From the NCBI GenBank assembly GCA_032718475.1, contig JAUCBJ010007652.1, positions 1-42,057 on the forward strand: a DNA stretch of 42,057 nt, in the 5' to 3' direction. The notes under the pieces are model-generated. The model saw only the letters and a program-made list of their open reading frames with translations, did no database searches and was not told the DNA's origin. The stretch comes from Nemertoderma westbladi. Lineage: Eukaryota > Animalia > Xenacoelomorpha. Both the position numbers and the translations under genes were made by a program. Positions 12,011 through 25,917 of the stretch are shown in pieces; positions within the stretch are counted from its first letter, which is position 1, and each line of letters opens with the position of its first letter.

Positions 12011-14689
12011 GTCCTACAACGGCTTATACTTTACGGACGAACGGACGTCCACAACCCTTTCAAGACAGTGAAAAAAAAACTGAGATTTCTATTTTCCAGA
12101 TGTTATTAATGTCTTCCTTGGATAAAAAATAGTGTATGGTACGCAACACCATAGAAAACCCTCTGGGAAGAGGAAAACAGAGAAACCGGGTGAGGGGTGC
12201 TTTGGGTCCGTTAGGAACCAAAGTATAGCATCGAAAAATAATCCCAGTCTATAGTCCTATAGTCTATCAAGCAAACAGTCGGCCGAAGCCGGAGGCGAAG
12301 GCTCCTCTTTCGATAGCTGCTACCCGAGGGTATGGGTGGGCGCTACTCCTATAGTCTATAGGTTGTTAAAAATAGTCCGAAAAGTTTTAATATTGAAAAA
12401 TTGTCGTAAAATACTTGGTGCGGCTTCACGCTATTGGAAAACTTGGCAATAGTGCAAACACCAGGTTACTTTCTGTGTCCAAACGGTGGTGGGAGTGATT
12501 GGACGCAGGAAGTTAGCTGATACCTCCTTGTCCTACGACTCAAAGGTATGACTGACGTCGCGCCAATGACCCTGCTGGCAGAGTGCGCAAGCACTAGAGG
12601 GCTGGTTGGCCCAGAGCTCTTTCTCTGTAGGAACTACCCAACCCACGCTCCTAAGCCACACCGACACTAAGCGAAGTAAAGGTGGGTATAGGAACAGTCC
12701 AACCCGGCTGCTAAGAACTGAGCCAAGATAGCGTGCCAAGGGCTGCCATACAAGCCCGAGTGTTACTGACTGCTGAAATAGTGAAATGTGGCCCCTTATA
12801 AACCCAGTGTTCGGGGTCAATAGGGAGTTGACCTCTAATTATCACTTGCTAAGAATAGTGGTCTTTCCTTAACACGAATTTGTTAATACACGTTAAAGTT
12901 ATAATTGAAATTGGCAGGTGAACTATGTCCTTTATTATTTAACATAGCTTCCCAGGGATAATGTGTGTAAGCCAATCATAATAGGTTTAGGCAGGCTAAT
13001 GAGAGTGATGCTCTCCCATTGGGTGGAGGTAATTGGGAGAGATGCCAGGAAGATATTACTGACTGGTGGGTTTATTGAGTGTTTGAAGGTAACTGCAAAG
13101 AGCAAAGGGCCGTTGAATATTGGATGGCAATGACAGGAGGTTTGGATGAGAGATGTGGATGAGAATAATATGGGAATTTATATACTGCATCTAAAGTGGT
13201 ATAGTGCTGCCTACGTAGGCGTGAAAAATATATTACATTGCTGTTGACACTTTTTGAAATTATAAAAAAAATGGGAAAACATTGATATTTCAGGTTTAAA
13301 TTGTTACAGAATATATTTATGACCAAAAATATTAATGATATTATAACAGTTTTACAGCTTATATTAATTTTTTTTTCAAAAATTACTAGCTAGTAAAAAA
13401 TACACTAGCTACCACAAAAAATATCTGCTAAGATTCTAGAACATTCACCAATATCAAAAAAAAAACACTCAAAAACACCAAAAAAGTTTTAAAAAAATAA
13501 CAGGGGGAAGTTCATTTTTGGATAGTTTACCTTAGATTGTAGGATTCAGGCTAAAAACAAAACACTGGGAACTTTAAAAATATATAAATACCTTGATAAT
13601 AATTATTGTAACTAATAGATTTGTACACTAATGAAGTTGAAAAAGTAGTAATTTCCACTAATTGTAAAAAGGTTTGCACTAATACAGAAATTATAATATA
13701 ATAAAGAAAGGATGTATAAAATACCAACGATTATACTAAATCATAATTGCCGATTATTAACATTAAGAGAAATAGGTATTGTGAATGTAACTCGGGCTTT
13801 GGCAACAGGAATAGTGAATGCAGAATGTCGGAGATGGAAACTGCAGGCAGTTCGAAATGATAATCAATGCAATGTCCTCTGTAAGTGGCTGAAAGAACTA
13901 CCAAATGTCCTTCGCATTGATCTACGGAAGTTCATTCTACATGCTTATATTATGGCATTTAAACAGTTGAGGAAGAAGTTCAATAAATTATATCCGCCAT
14001 ATAATGCTAATAATGATATACATTTCAGGAGAATAGGGAGATGGCTTCAGAGACATGTATTGCGAAAGAAACCAACTTTGGACGGCATTATGGAAACCTA
14101 CAGAAATCTTTACCTCAATCAATGTTTTTGTACAATTGTCCCGTCAATTGATATCATTGTCAATGAAGAGTTTGCCGGAGAATTTCAATACATGGCAATT
14201 GTTGTCCGTCTACTAAGTTGGCTGCCAAAAATGGCAGATGCACTGACGTCAATAGATGTGCTATTTTTGTCACGAGACCAGTGGTCCCGCACACTGAATA
14301 CTGTTTTTACAGGCAGATTTATATTTCCTTTGCTCGTATCTATAAAAATTCCACACATAACTGAAGACTTTCTCAAAGGTATCATATGTAGCTGCCCCAA
14401 TCTCAGAGTTCTACATATTCCTTGTTCCGATGTCACCATCGACACCTCTACACTACAGAGTCTAGCACAACTGGAATGTTTGCAGGTGTTAAATATTCAG
14501 ATGTGTGCTGAGATATCAATTGATAAAATAATTGAAATGCAAAAAATGCTGCCAAAGATCGACATTATTACATATAAATCAAGGGAGATACTTGAGAGAA
14601 ACATAAGTAACTTTCGTTTCCGCTATTTCAGTGTTTTTAACAGTAATGATACTGATCAATCTGTCACTGACTACCTCAAGGAAACTGTA
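12011..14689 (+). repeat. Segmental duplication, copy 2 (truncated by Sola1 TIR)
   Basis: Near-identical to 3131-5798; homology stops exactly where the Sola1 TIR begins at 14690. Confidence 0.97.
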
Positions 14690-14743
14690 CGTGGGTCGAG
14701 AGTAAAAACCGTCTATATCCAAATTTTAAAAAAATTTAGTTAA
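13712..14743 (+). pseudogene. 3'-truncated paralog of the LRR gene (343 aa; last 17 aa read from the transposon end)
   Basis: Matches the 4827 ORF through DYLKETV, with a 2-aa indel and 6 substitutions, then RGSRVKTVYIQILKKFS from the Sola1 terminus. Confidence 0.9.
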
Positions 14744-16629
14744 AGTTATGAATGGATAGCTGAATGCTTCACGTATCTATTGGAATTACAAAAATAGCAC
14801 ATCGGTTTTTTAGAATGCATTATATTTGCTACCAAAAAAATTTAAATATTTTCAAACGTAGCACTGAATTTAAAAACCGTCTATATCCAAACACGAATTA
14901 CAATGTTGGATATAGACGCTTTTTAAAATTGGCCTCCCTTAGGCTGCCATGTACCGGTATACTAACAAGATATAAACTTTCAGTTTCTGTTTTTAGCTCA
15001 CTACAATCTATACCGGTTCCAGATGAAGGCCTACCTATCATAGTATACTGAGGCCTAGAGTACTTTTGCACTGGAGTTTGACTACCGGTACTGGCTATCA
15101 CTTTCAGTTTAATCAAAGTCAGCCTAAAGGATGTTCACATACAGATAGGCTTAAAAAGTATTCAGTTTACCGGTATCTAAACTGTTAACATAGCCTAACT
15201 CCACAAGGCGGTAAGGCAGGTTTTCGATTAGCTACCGACCGATTCGATTAGCTTTATTAGGCCCCGTAATTGGAAGCAGTCTGCAGTAGGCCTACTTGGC
15301 TTATCGACATAAACGCGTCACGAAACGAGGGACGAAAGGACACGGAATCAGGAAAACAAGGATAAGAAATTGGTATGAATTTGAAATATTCCAATAAAAA
15401 AATAATTATTATCGATATCATTAATTGATTTAATTATTTTACCGGTAATGATAATTATTAATCAATTTAATATTTTATTGCTGATTAAACTAGGCATCTA
15501 CTGACTGTAGGCCTACCTCTACTGTTACCAATTGTATAGAAAATGAATATCTGAATTCATAATTACAGTACTATAATAATTATTGAATTAAATCTGATTA
15601 CGAATAATTTATGAATTTTCTATCATAATTTCCTTAGCCTAGTCGACAGTAAAGGGCGAGGGGCGGGAGGAGAGGAGGGGGGGGGGGGGGGGGGGGGGTG
15701 TAACGAACGTGACTCAAATCCCCCCTTGGCGATAATCTATATCTCGTTTCAGCGAATTAAATAAACGACGAATTAATTATGAACTTTAAAGCCAGGAATA
15801 CATGTTCACCACCTTTCACAAAAAACCCTAAAATAATGTTAATTATCAATTAAGTGAAAGAGCCGGATAGGGGCCTACTTTGAAATGTTATTCTAAATCA
15901 AAACAACAGTCATGTTTCAACAAGTCAACAAGTTTCATCTTGGCGTACAGTAGTGGCTGGCTAAATCCGTTTACAACTCTCCGGAGATTGTGGGTCCAAT
16001 CCCTGCATTGGGGCCAGGTAGTTTTCGTACATCGGCACAAATTATTTAACAATACACACCCCAATCGCGTTAAAATAACAGACATTACTGTAGTTATTGA
16101 ATTACTCCGAAAACCCACAAATGAAAATTTTAGCTCTGTGGTCTGCGTCATTCGTGCCAGAAATAATTTCGCCTTAAATACTGTGCAGTGGTTGCCACGA
16201 TAAATTAGTCATTTTAAACTTTAACCTTAATTTACAGCCATTTAAAAAAATTTAAAGGGTGGGGGGGGGGGGGGGGGTGTAGGCCTACGTACCCACACCC
16301 CCTTAAATAGACTGACCAGGGCGCCTCTCTGCCTTGCATCCTTAAATGGTAGCTAAATGAGTAGGCCTACCCGTTTCCTCTGGGGAGACTAGTTTAAGTA
16401 GTGGGGGCGCTCTCGAAATATGACATAACTCTTTGTGCGTTAAGCGTATTCTTTGGCCTAACAGTAGTATAGTATATACAGTATATACATTGCTTTTTAC
16501 TTTAATAGTCATAGTAAAGGTTACATTAAAATACTTATTTTTGCGTGCGAGTAGGACATAAGTTATATGTACAGTATGTCCATTTATCCCTGGAGAGAGA
16601 TTAATTTTAATTGCTGTACTGTAGGAAAC

Positions 16630-16700
16630 CCCACCTGACTGACCCGGGATCGAACCCGTACTTTCATAAATTAAGCCTGACGGCTAACCGAGTGGGCTAC
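16630..16700 (-). mobile_element. tRNA-derived SINE head or tRNA pseudogene
   Basis: Minus strand gtagcccactcggttagccgtc...gggttcgatcccggg has a Pol III box A-like motif and box B GGTTCGATCCC at tRNA spacing; no clean cloverleaf. Confidence 0.55.
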
Positions 16701-18658
16701 TGTAATTGAGAAAATCACAAGAAGAAGACGAGGGTATATCTCTCACACAACTACTGTACCTACCTCTATACGAAAGATTGAATAGGTCATCAGTAAATTA
16801 AAGTACAGTTAGTAGTTTCGTTATTATTATTATTATCTTCAGTTACTATTGTTAGGTATGTTTAGGTTACTTACCATCGGTGAATTTAGTACGTTGGTTA
16901 ACTAAGAAACTTCAGTATGTTTGGTTACAAAATATGACATCAATACGATAGAGTTACAATCAGTAACTTTAATATGTTGGGTTACTAGTGACTATGTAAT
17001 AGTAAGCTAGTGTGTTCGGTTACATAGGATTATACAGTATGACTTCAGTACTGTGGAGTTAGAATCAGTGATTTACAATAAACAATCATACTGTAGGTTG
17101 GGTTACGAGCTACAGTAGTTTCAATTTAGTAAGTAAAAGCTGTTGAAGGATGTCGCCAAGAAGTCTTCAACCTTTGAAGAGAGTATTCGATTCGCCAAGC
17201 TTGTCAGACATTCCAATGGATCGATTTTCATGTTCAGGACGGTTGGTAAACTGTAATCATCGTCATCGAAATCAATCTCGTAAGCATAATTTTTTTAATT
17301 AATTATAATTCCGAATGCCTGATAATCTAAAAACTGAATTTTTAATTACCTTGCGGCTAATTAACTATTAATTGTTTAAACTAAAATACAATTTGTACTG
17401 TATGAACATTAAATATTAAGGAGATAATGATCTTTATAAATTTATCGGTAATATTACAACATATTCTATATGAGTATACCTACAGTATAAAAATCTATTT
17501 TCGCTTCGGATCTCAATGTTACTGCCTTTCGTTGGTTTAAAGTGTGCTACAGTTTGTGTATTGTGTGTACATTGCAATTGTGAAAACCTTTTCGAAAAAT
17601 AGAATAGTTCAGCTACAATTTGAGCCCAACAATAATAACAGACCAGTCTTCGGCATTAATTGCAATCAAAAGTAAAATATGTACAATAAAAAGTGCTCCT
17701 ATTTTTGTAACGTCCGACACCTTATTAAAAGTCAACTGTTTAAGAAGAATAACGCTTCCCAATGCAGAGTATTTGCGATATTCTGAAAGATTAATAAATT
17801 GTCTCATTTAATCAACGCAATCTGATGTCAAAAAATTCAAGTATTTTCGTAGAATTAAAGAAAAACATTCAAAAATCGAGAATGTACGTAACGTACGTAA
17901 GGTCCTAGGATGTTTAATTTGGTTGGTTAACAATTGAAGGAAAGGAGCAGGTTATAGTTTTAGGTATTTTCGAACAAAAATAATGACGAAATTTAAAACA
18001 GAGATTAAGTATCGAAATAAATTTATTAAAATTAAGAACGTAATGCACTTGGACCTATAGCTGCTGGACCCAATGCTCCAGGACCTAAACCGACAATTAA
18101 TTATGAGTAATTCACCACTCAACAATTAATTAAATATTATTCATTGTAAGTTAAGGACCTATACCGATTTAGAGCAAAAGCTATAATACGATTAAAGATG
18201 CTTATTCCAAAAAGCTTATTCGCCTGAATTTGTTGTTGTAGCACTTTATGTTAAATGAGAAAATTTATTTACGCATATTTTTCTCAATGTTTGGTCCATT
18301 TTTCTACTTAAACTAATTCCTATAAAACTTCAGAAAGTCAAAAATGTTTTTTTTAAACAAGTTTCGGACTATTTTTCATCAGCAATCGCTTTGCAATGTT
18401 AAAATTTTGGAATATATGTAACTACATACCCACAAAGCATTACAATTTTATGCGTTCAGAACAATGATAAATGGACATACTGTAGTTTCAAAAATACGCT
18501 AATCATTGTATGAAAAGACCATTCATTCAGCGTTTATGACTTTTTTTTATTTATGAAAACCTCCCCTATTACACTTGCTCGGTACATATTATATAATCGG
18601 GTCATAACTCATAACGCTGTAATATGGTACTTATTCGCACAAATATGTAAATAATATT

Positions 18659-18871
18659 GGGTCAGAGTAAAACGCGGATCCGGATTCTACATTTAACATT
18701 GTCCCTACGGAAGTCGATTTTTTTTACATTTTTATAACTCCCAAAAATATAACTATAACCTGTTCTATTGACTTTAGTTTATTGTTTTGGTTAAATAAAC
18801 GTGCCACTGTAACCTGATCCTTTCCCTTAATTGATAATTTTGGAATCCGGATCCGCGTTTTACACCTACCC
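18659..18871. mobile_element. MULE/Mutator-type MITE (213 bp)
   Basis: ~29-bp TIRs (gggt..gtaaaacgcggatccggattc); perfect 9-bp TSD AATAATATT at 18650-18658 and 18872-18880. Confidence 0.9.
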
Positions 18872-19008
18872 AATAATATTGTTATCATGACATGGTTCAT
18901 AATAATAAACAATTAATATTATAACAATCAATAAACAATTAATAGTAATAAAATAATAACAACATAATAATAAACAATTAATATTAATACATTTTTCACA
19001 GTTTGGAG

Positions 19009-22000
19009 ATGGATGACATAACATATATGCTGGAGCTCGATGTGGGGATCAACTCCCAACTTATGTCAGCAAACCCATCAACATCGTACTCCCTAGCTGA
19101 AAAAACCACAACCATTGATGACACTCTAAAACCCACCACCTACAAGAAACATCAACCCAAGAGACAGCCACAGCAAGTAATAAAACCAACGCCCAAACCA
19201 TCCCAATGGAAAAAAAATAGAAAAAAAGCCGCGGTAAATGGAGGAGAAACCAAACAGGTGAAAACTGTGAAGAACTGCGACAACAACTGCCAGTTCGGAT
19301 GTTCCAGGCGCTACTCGTATACAGATCGCCAGTCTATCCACAATTCATTTTACAATACCCCGAACCACACCGCGAAAATGAATTGGCTGTTGGCAAACAC
19401 CAAGCAAAGCCAAATAGAAAGACGAAGGACCACCGGCGACAAAAAGAAGAAATCATCCTTCTCATACTTCCTCCAGATGCCAGATGGAGATCGTCGAAGT
19501 AGAGTCTGCAAAGATTTCTTTTTGTCGACTCTAGATATTAATGCTTCACGGGTATACACCGCCCACAAGAATAAGAATTGTGGTGCTGCAACTGGCGATC
19601 GGCGTCGTGGAGGAAACCACCGTGTTTCCGATACAATGAAGGAAGGTGTTCGAGCCCACATACGTTCGCTAGCGACGGTAGATTCCCACTATTGTCGGGC
19701 AACCAGTCGTCGGAAATATCTACCAGCTCACCTGAATCCATCTAGGTTGTACCAACTGTATGTAGAGTCGTCCCCAGAGGAGATTGCCCGCAGCAATATG
19801 TATTCTAACATATTCAATACCGAATTCAACATTTCGTTTCATTCCCCGCGGAAAGATATGTGCGACTTATGTGAGGAACATAAGATTCGACACAACGAAA
19901 ATGATGTTGATGAAGAATTCGAAAATGTAAGTTAATTAAAATTTAATTAATAATAATTAATTATTAAATTAAATACAATAATAAATGATTTTTAGTTGTA
20001 TATAAATTAAAAAAACAGTTTAAAATTATTAAATATCCTCTAATTATTTTCTGAACTAATTAGGGATGTCCCGGAATCGATATTTTGATTCCGGCGGGAA
20101 CCAGAATTCACTATGCCGGAATATTCCGGCCGGAACCGGAATTTTTATGTAGTTAGTGAAATACACTACATGGCCATTAGGCCTACCCTTTATAAATTGT
20201 TGTGAAATATACGTAGTTTTGTATTTATAAAGCCAAGTTTACTAATGAGATGAGACTTTTAATGACTTTTAATGAGACTATTAATGAGACTTTTGAAACA
20301 ATTTCCGCGCGAAAATTACTGGAGATGAGTGCCAGAATGGGACCACTCGAAAACTAACATATTTTTTTGTTATATGTTTTGCTATGCTATGTTTTGGGCG
20401 TTTGCGCTGGTGGATAGCCCATCAAATTTTAGGTTTTAAACGACAGTGAATTCGAATTTACTTTTTTACAAAAACCCTTGGCCAAAATTAGGTTTTTTGG
20501 GCTCATACCTAAAAACCAACGTAGACCAAAAATGTATTATTTAATAATGTATAATTTCACAAACTAATTTAAACTATTAAACTAGTTAGTAAACTGGTAA
20601 TTTCGGTAAAGTTCATGCCGGAACCAGAATCTAGCAAAAACCGCCCGAATTCCGGACGGAACGGAATTCAGGGACATCCCTATAACTAATAAACCTTAAC
20701 ACAAACACAATACACATTCAAGGCAAAAAAATGGATTTAGAATATTGATGATAATAACCAAAACATTTGGCGGAAAAAAGTTAAATAAATTTAATACAAA
20801 TTAAATTATGATTATTTCAAAATAAAATAATAAAATATCACAGAATTGAAAATTATTACTAAATTATGTATTATTTATACTCCTAGAAATACAACGAACA
20901 CATAGCGATGAAAGAGGCTGCAAAGATAATCCGCGACGAACATCGGGCATCTGCAAAATGTGTGCTGTCGGTGGATTTCGAAAACGTAAAGTCAATCCCC
21001 ATGGCACATGCGGGAAGTACCTTCTACCTGCATAAACTAAAACAATTTAACCTAACCGGTCACCTCAAAACTGTAAATAAAAAAACAGCAATAAATATCT
21101 TATGGACTGAAGATACGGGAGGAAGGGCTGGCGATGATATCGCCAGTGCCCTGGTATCCATCCTGGACGAAACCGTTAAGATTATACCACCAGCCACGGA
21201 AGAATTGACTGTGTGGATGGATGGCTGCGTTCCACAAAATAGGAACAGCTACCTTACCATGGCGGTAAAGTGGTGGCTGCAACAACAAACACAATTACAA
21301 ACCGTGTCCATCCACTACAGCATAGTTGGCCACGGACTCGTCCAGGAAGTGGATAACATCCATTCCCAAATAGAGAGTAGGTTCAGAGGGAGAGAGGTGT
21401 GGTCGCCACTATCCTACCTAAGGATATTTAAAGAAATAAATCAGGAATGGATAGTGAAGCGACAGAGAAGCGCGGAATTCCGGGAATTCAGCACCATCTC
21501 AAGAAATTACAAGTTTGTAAATTAAAAATAAATATTTAAATAGGACATTGAAAAAAATAAGTAATGTTATTAGGCCCCCTAAGTGATGCAAACAGAAACT
21601 GAATCGTACTTGGTAACGTTTATTACTTGAACTATTTAAATTAGAAGGCATTATTTTGAAAACGATACTATTATTTTGTTTAATTAATTGTTGTTTATTG
21701 CATTGAATTTGACAAAACTATTTATTATTATTATTAATATTATATATTTATTATACATGTATATATACATATATGTACTGTACATATGGTACATATTGTA
21801 ATATAATCAAAATTTGAATTCCGATTCAGATTCAGTCCATAACACTGAAAGGATGTATCAATCAATCAAACTAAAATTTATTGTATATATATATTATATA
21901 TTCTGATATTAGGTGATGGCATTAAATTATCCCAAAAAAAGAAATTCCCTACATAGTCAGTAACTAACATTATTATTTTGCATTATCTTTATTAAATAAG

Positions 22001-22431
22001 TCACAAAAATATGAAAAAATTCCTGTTGGCAGCGAATTATATTGTTTATTATATATTATTTTTCTTACAGCTATCAGAAGGTACCGTATTTCTCCATTCA
22101 TGTAATGGAGATACGACGGGGAAATCCATTGAGTATATTTTACAAGACCGAGTTCGATGGAGAACTGAAGAGGGCCAACATCGGATTCCCCGTCTCTACT
22201 GGATCTCGTAAAAGAAAGGCCATCAGCGAACCGATGCTTGGTGCCCCCCTACGTAAGAAACCCACCGGACTAGCTAGAACGAGCACAGTCCCCTTCCCAA
22301 CCCCAGCAGTGTCATCGAAACCAAGGGGAATATCAGCGAATTTACAGAGGGACATCCGGGCGATGTTAAAGCTAATGCCACTCCGCGATCGCGCCTTTAT
22401 GAAAGCGCTGGCTGGTAAAGTTAGAAAATAG
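19009..22431 (+). CDS. Sola1-type DDD transposase, spliced (exons 19009-19926, 20887-21512, 22071-22431; ~634 aa)
   Basis: Motifs VCKDFFLSTL, SHYCR..KYLP, PRKDMCDLC; triad VDFE / MDGCVPQN / GH..EVDNIH. GT-AG introns 19927-20886 (phase 0) and 21513-22070 (phase 2) join the three ORFs in frame. An acceptor-like site at 19001 suggests an upstream exon. Confidence 0.85.
20061..20682. mobile_element. hAT-type MITE in transposase intron 1
   Basis: 12-bp perfect TIR TAGGGATGTCCC (Ac-like TAGGGATG); 8-bp TSD gaactaat/taactaat (7/8); ccggaa subterminal repeats. Confidence 0.9.
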
Positions 22432-23571
22432 GAAATTTATCCGCGTACAAACTCCAGTGATAGGAAAACGTCACATTGCATGTTTATCTGACAACATGAT
22501 TCATATTAATTATATACCGGTACTGGTAATAAATAATACTGTACCGGGTTATCTTAAAATAATTTCATATTTATTTTGAATTTGTGACTTTACCATAGCC
22601 TGATAGCTGCATAGTGTAGAGTAGACTACTACGAATTTTTGAATAATAAATTCAAGTTATTTGCTTAATAAATTAATTTAACCAGCAAATAATATAGAGA
22701 TGGGAATTGCTTCTTAATGCCTACACCTGGCACCAAAAGTGATAATAATAACAGTTAAATGTTAAATCAGTATGATATACATTTTATTAGGAATATTTAT
22801 TATAGATATTGAAAATAAAAAATATGAGTTTGTTATATTTGAGAGATAAACGATAGTCTACATTAGAACAATGTGAAATATTTCAATTAGCAATTAGGCC
22901 TATTACTTTACTTAATATATACCGGTATAGAATACAATTGTTGACATTCAAATCAATATAAAACCACCTGATATAAGTCAATAAACAAAGTTATTAAATC
23001 TAAAATATTATTTAGTTCCATCCAAGAGGACAGAGTCGCGGGGGGGGGGGGGGGGGGGGGGGGTAATGGTCAAAATAACAGTCAGACAGTGGTGTCGCTG
23101 CGGGCTGGCGGGCAGAATTATAATTGGGCCAGATAAATTTTCGGAAATGCGGATGTCCGAAATAGTGAGTGTGGGGTGGTTGGCAAACACCGGGCAAGGG
23201 CAAGGGGGGGGGGGGGGGGGGGGTGGCTGGTGCTCATCCGGGATCCGCTAATCCCCGGTTGGTGCATGTTGTTAGGGTTGGACTGTTCTACAAATCTAGG
23301 ATAGTCAGGATAGTAGGACTTTCCAGATTTCTGCTATATCTTCAGATCTTCTCGGGTTTGTCCGCGAATTAGAGTTAGACGAACTCTACGGGTACGGTAC
23401 TTCAACTTCTGTACTTCGGTATCTGTACTTACGGACTTAGTAGCGTAACTGATCATTTACTTCATCATTCCACATTCATTGATGTCATAGACTTCGGGAA
23501 TTTGGAAATAGAATTGCTGAATTGGTAGGTACCGGTCAGCCGGTACAGCGGTACCGGGCCTATTCATTCTT

Positions 23572-24061
23572 CGGTCCTACGAATTACCCCAAAATACCCC
23601 AAAACACCCCAAAATACCCCAAAACACCCCAAAAGACCCCAAAATAGTATAAAACTACCCCAAAATACCCCAAAATAGTTTAGAATTACCCCAAAATACC
23701 CCAAAATAGTTTAGAATTACCCCAAAATACTTTTTTTTCAGCCTTTGTTTTGGAAATTTAATTTACCCCAAAATATGGCAAAATGACGAATTACCCCAAA
23801 ATAATGACGAATTACCCCAAAATAATTAAAAAATTTTTCTTCACTCTCGTTTATTGTTTTGGTTAAAAAAACTTGCCACTGTAACCTGCTCCTTTCCCTC
23901 GCTGTTAAAAAACATGGTTAGCTTATTTTGGGGTATTTTGGGGTAATTTTTTAGCCTTTTTGGGGTATTTTGGGGTAATATTTGACTATTTTGGGGTATT
24001 TTGGAGTATTTTGGGGTATTCTGGGGTGTTTTGGGGTATTTTGGGGTAATTCGTAGGACCC
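23572..24061. mobile_element. Foldback-like MULE element (490 bp) with arms built of ccccaaaata tandem repeats
   Basis: Termini cggtcctacgaattacccc / ggggtaattcgtaggaccc; 9-bp TSD TTCATTCTT at 23563-23571 and 24062-24070; 10-bp repeats inverted between the arms. Confidence 0.9.
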
Positions 24062-25917
24062 TTCATTCTTCATTCTGGCTTTCCCGTCAGCCAGTCAGCC
24101 CGTGCCCGTCTGCCCGTGGCTGCGTGGTGTTACCTGCAGACCTGGCACTTGGAAGCCGGGCTCTGGCAGTCTGGCAGTCTGGCAGTAGGGAACACATGCC
24201 CAAACAGGCAGTGCAGACTTTGCAAAATGCACTGCCATATTAGGCAGTTTTAGCCTAAATTTCTGATAAAATGTCAATTTTTATTAACTTCCTGCTCGAA
24301 GGGCCCCTTTTTTATTTCATGGGATGAAAATATAATATGTATTGCAAGGTAAATAGAAAATTTGGTAGACTTTCACAGTTGGGTTTTAGAGACATCAGAC
24401 TTTGAAAATTGCTAGTCAAAAGCATGCACTGCCCAAAATAGCAGTGTTCTGCTTAATATAGCAGCATATTGTTTGAACTAGCAGTGCAATGCTTAAAATG
24501 ACAGTGCAAAATCAGAAAATGCATTCAGCATTAGGCCTACATACAATTCAGCAATTCTGATGGAAACAATATATATATAAATAACCATATTCAACAGATT
24601 TTATAAATCAATTTTTCACAGTTTGAAACACCAGTAGACTGGCTGACTGGGAAAGTTGGAAAAATAAAAGACCCGATCATTTTTCTCCTGAATTTGTAAA
24701 TATTATATCTGTATATGGTATGTTGGTTTGTATTGCATTCTCTATATCCGTTAACCGTTACTATTGTCGAATGTATGACTTTGTATGTGTTTTAATCTAC
24801 GTACTCCTATTGCCTATTGTAAACATAAACGCTCATCTCAGTTTTAGCTTAATTTATACTATCGCAATATTAGCTTGTTAATTTTAATTTTTAATTTGTA
24901 ACATTTTTATATTGTAGATATTCAGTATTATGTTTGTTTTACTTGTGGCTTACTCTACATGTTTTACTATTAACTTGTTAACCTATCCAGTCACTCACAG
25001 CCAGCCTATTGTACTTGTACACAAAAACATTAGATCAAATTTTGCTTTGAAAAAATATACTGTTGCAACATGTGTTTGTTAGAATATATTATCTTTATCT
25101 TTATTATTATTTTATATTTATGTTGGTTTTACTCATTGCTCACTCTATCTATATTTTACGTTTTCCATCTACTGTAAAACCAACAGAATACTGTATCAAT
25201 TGACAATTAATTGATTTATATCAATTTTAGATTACTGGTCAGCCGGTACCGTAATCTGGGGTTACTTGGGCCATGGGGTCAACTTGGGCCATTGTGTACA
25301 GAACCACTTTAAATATTTAATTCGTAGGTAAAATAAACTTTGGAATATCATATTGCCACATTTTAAACAACTTTTAGAGTTTACGAATCTGATGTTAAGT
25401 TTACAGTTCCATTAGATGTGCATTTATGTTGGAAAATATCCCAGCTTAATTCATGTTCGAATAAGTAGAATTACATGACTGTTCAAAATGGGTATCATAT
25501 TTATGTTTCCTATGGGCAATTATGAAATGTCATTGCATGATATATGTACTACACTAATATATATGTTGTAATTATTAAACATTTCTGGTTGTAACAAATC
25601 TGAAAAACAATATTTTAATTTTTGTGACGGGGTCTTCAATAAGTTGAAAATTGGGGCAACTTGGGCCAGTTTGACTGCTTGGCGGGAGGGCCACTACTAG
25701 TATTACAATTACATTTCTTATACTACTGTACTGTAGTATATCTTATTATAGGCCTACTGTATTTCTCTACTTCACTTACACTGTTACAAGCCCTGTGGCG
25801 CAGGACATTCAGACAGCTGTGGTTTGAGGTAGGCCTAGCTGCCTAGTATAATAGGTTTAAAGTCTAGTTACATGTCTTGCTAATTTTCTGTATTTTATTG
25901 TACTGTTATATGGAACA

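Noticed and set aside
15940-16020. Second tRNA/SINE-like head
   Set aside because: Box B is degenerate (gggtccaatccc) and no structure is supportable.
17151-17279. Candidate first coding exon of the Sola1-A transposase (MSPRSLQ...)
   Set aside because: The donor is phase 1 but the acceptor at 19001 needs phase 2; unsupported without an intermediate exon.
18358-18385. Minus-strand CTGATGA...GAAAC hammerhead-like core
   Set aside because: The intervening aaaatagtcc cannot form stem II and no stem I or III is evident.
23039-23223. Poly-G tracts (also near 7347, 15677, 16261, 37872) as functional G-quadruplexes
   Set aside because: Simple homopolymers within repeats; lengths are error-prone and there is no evidence of function.
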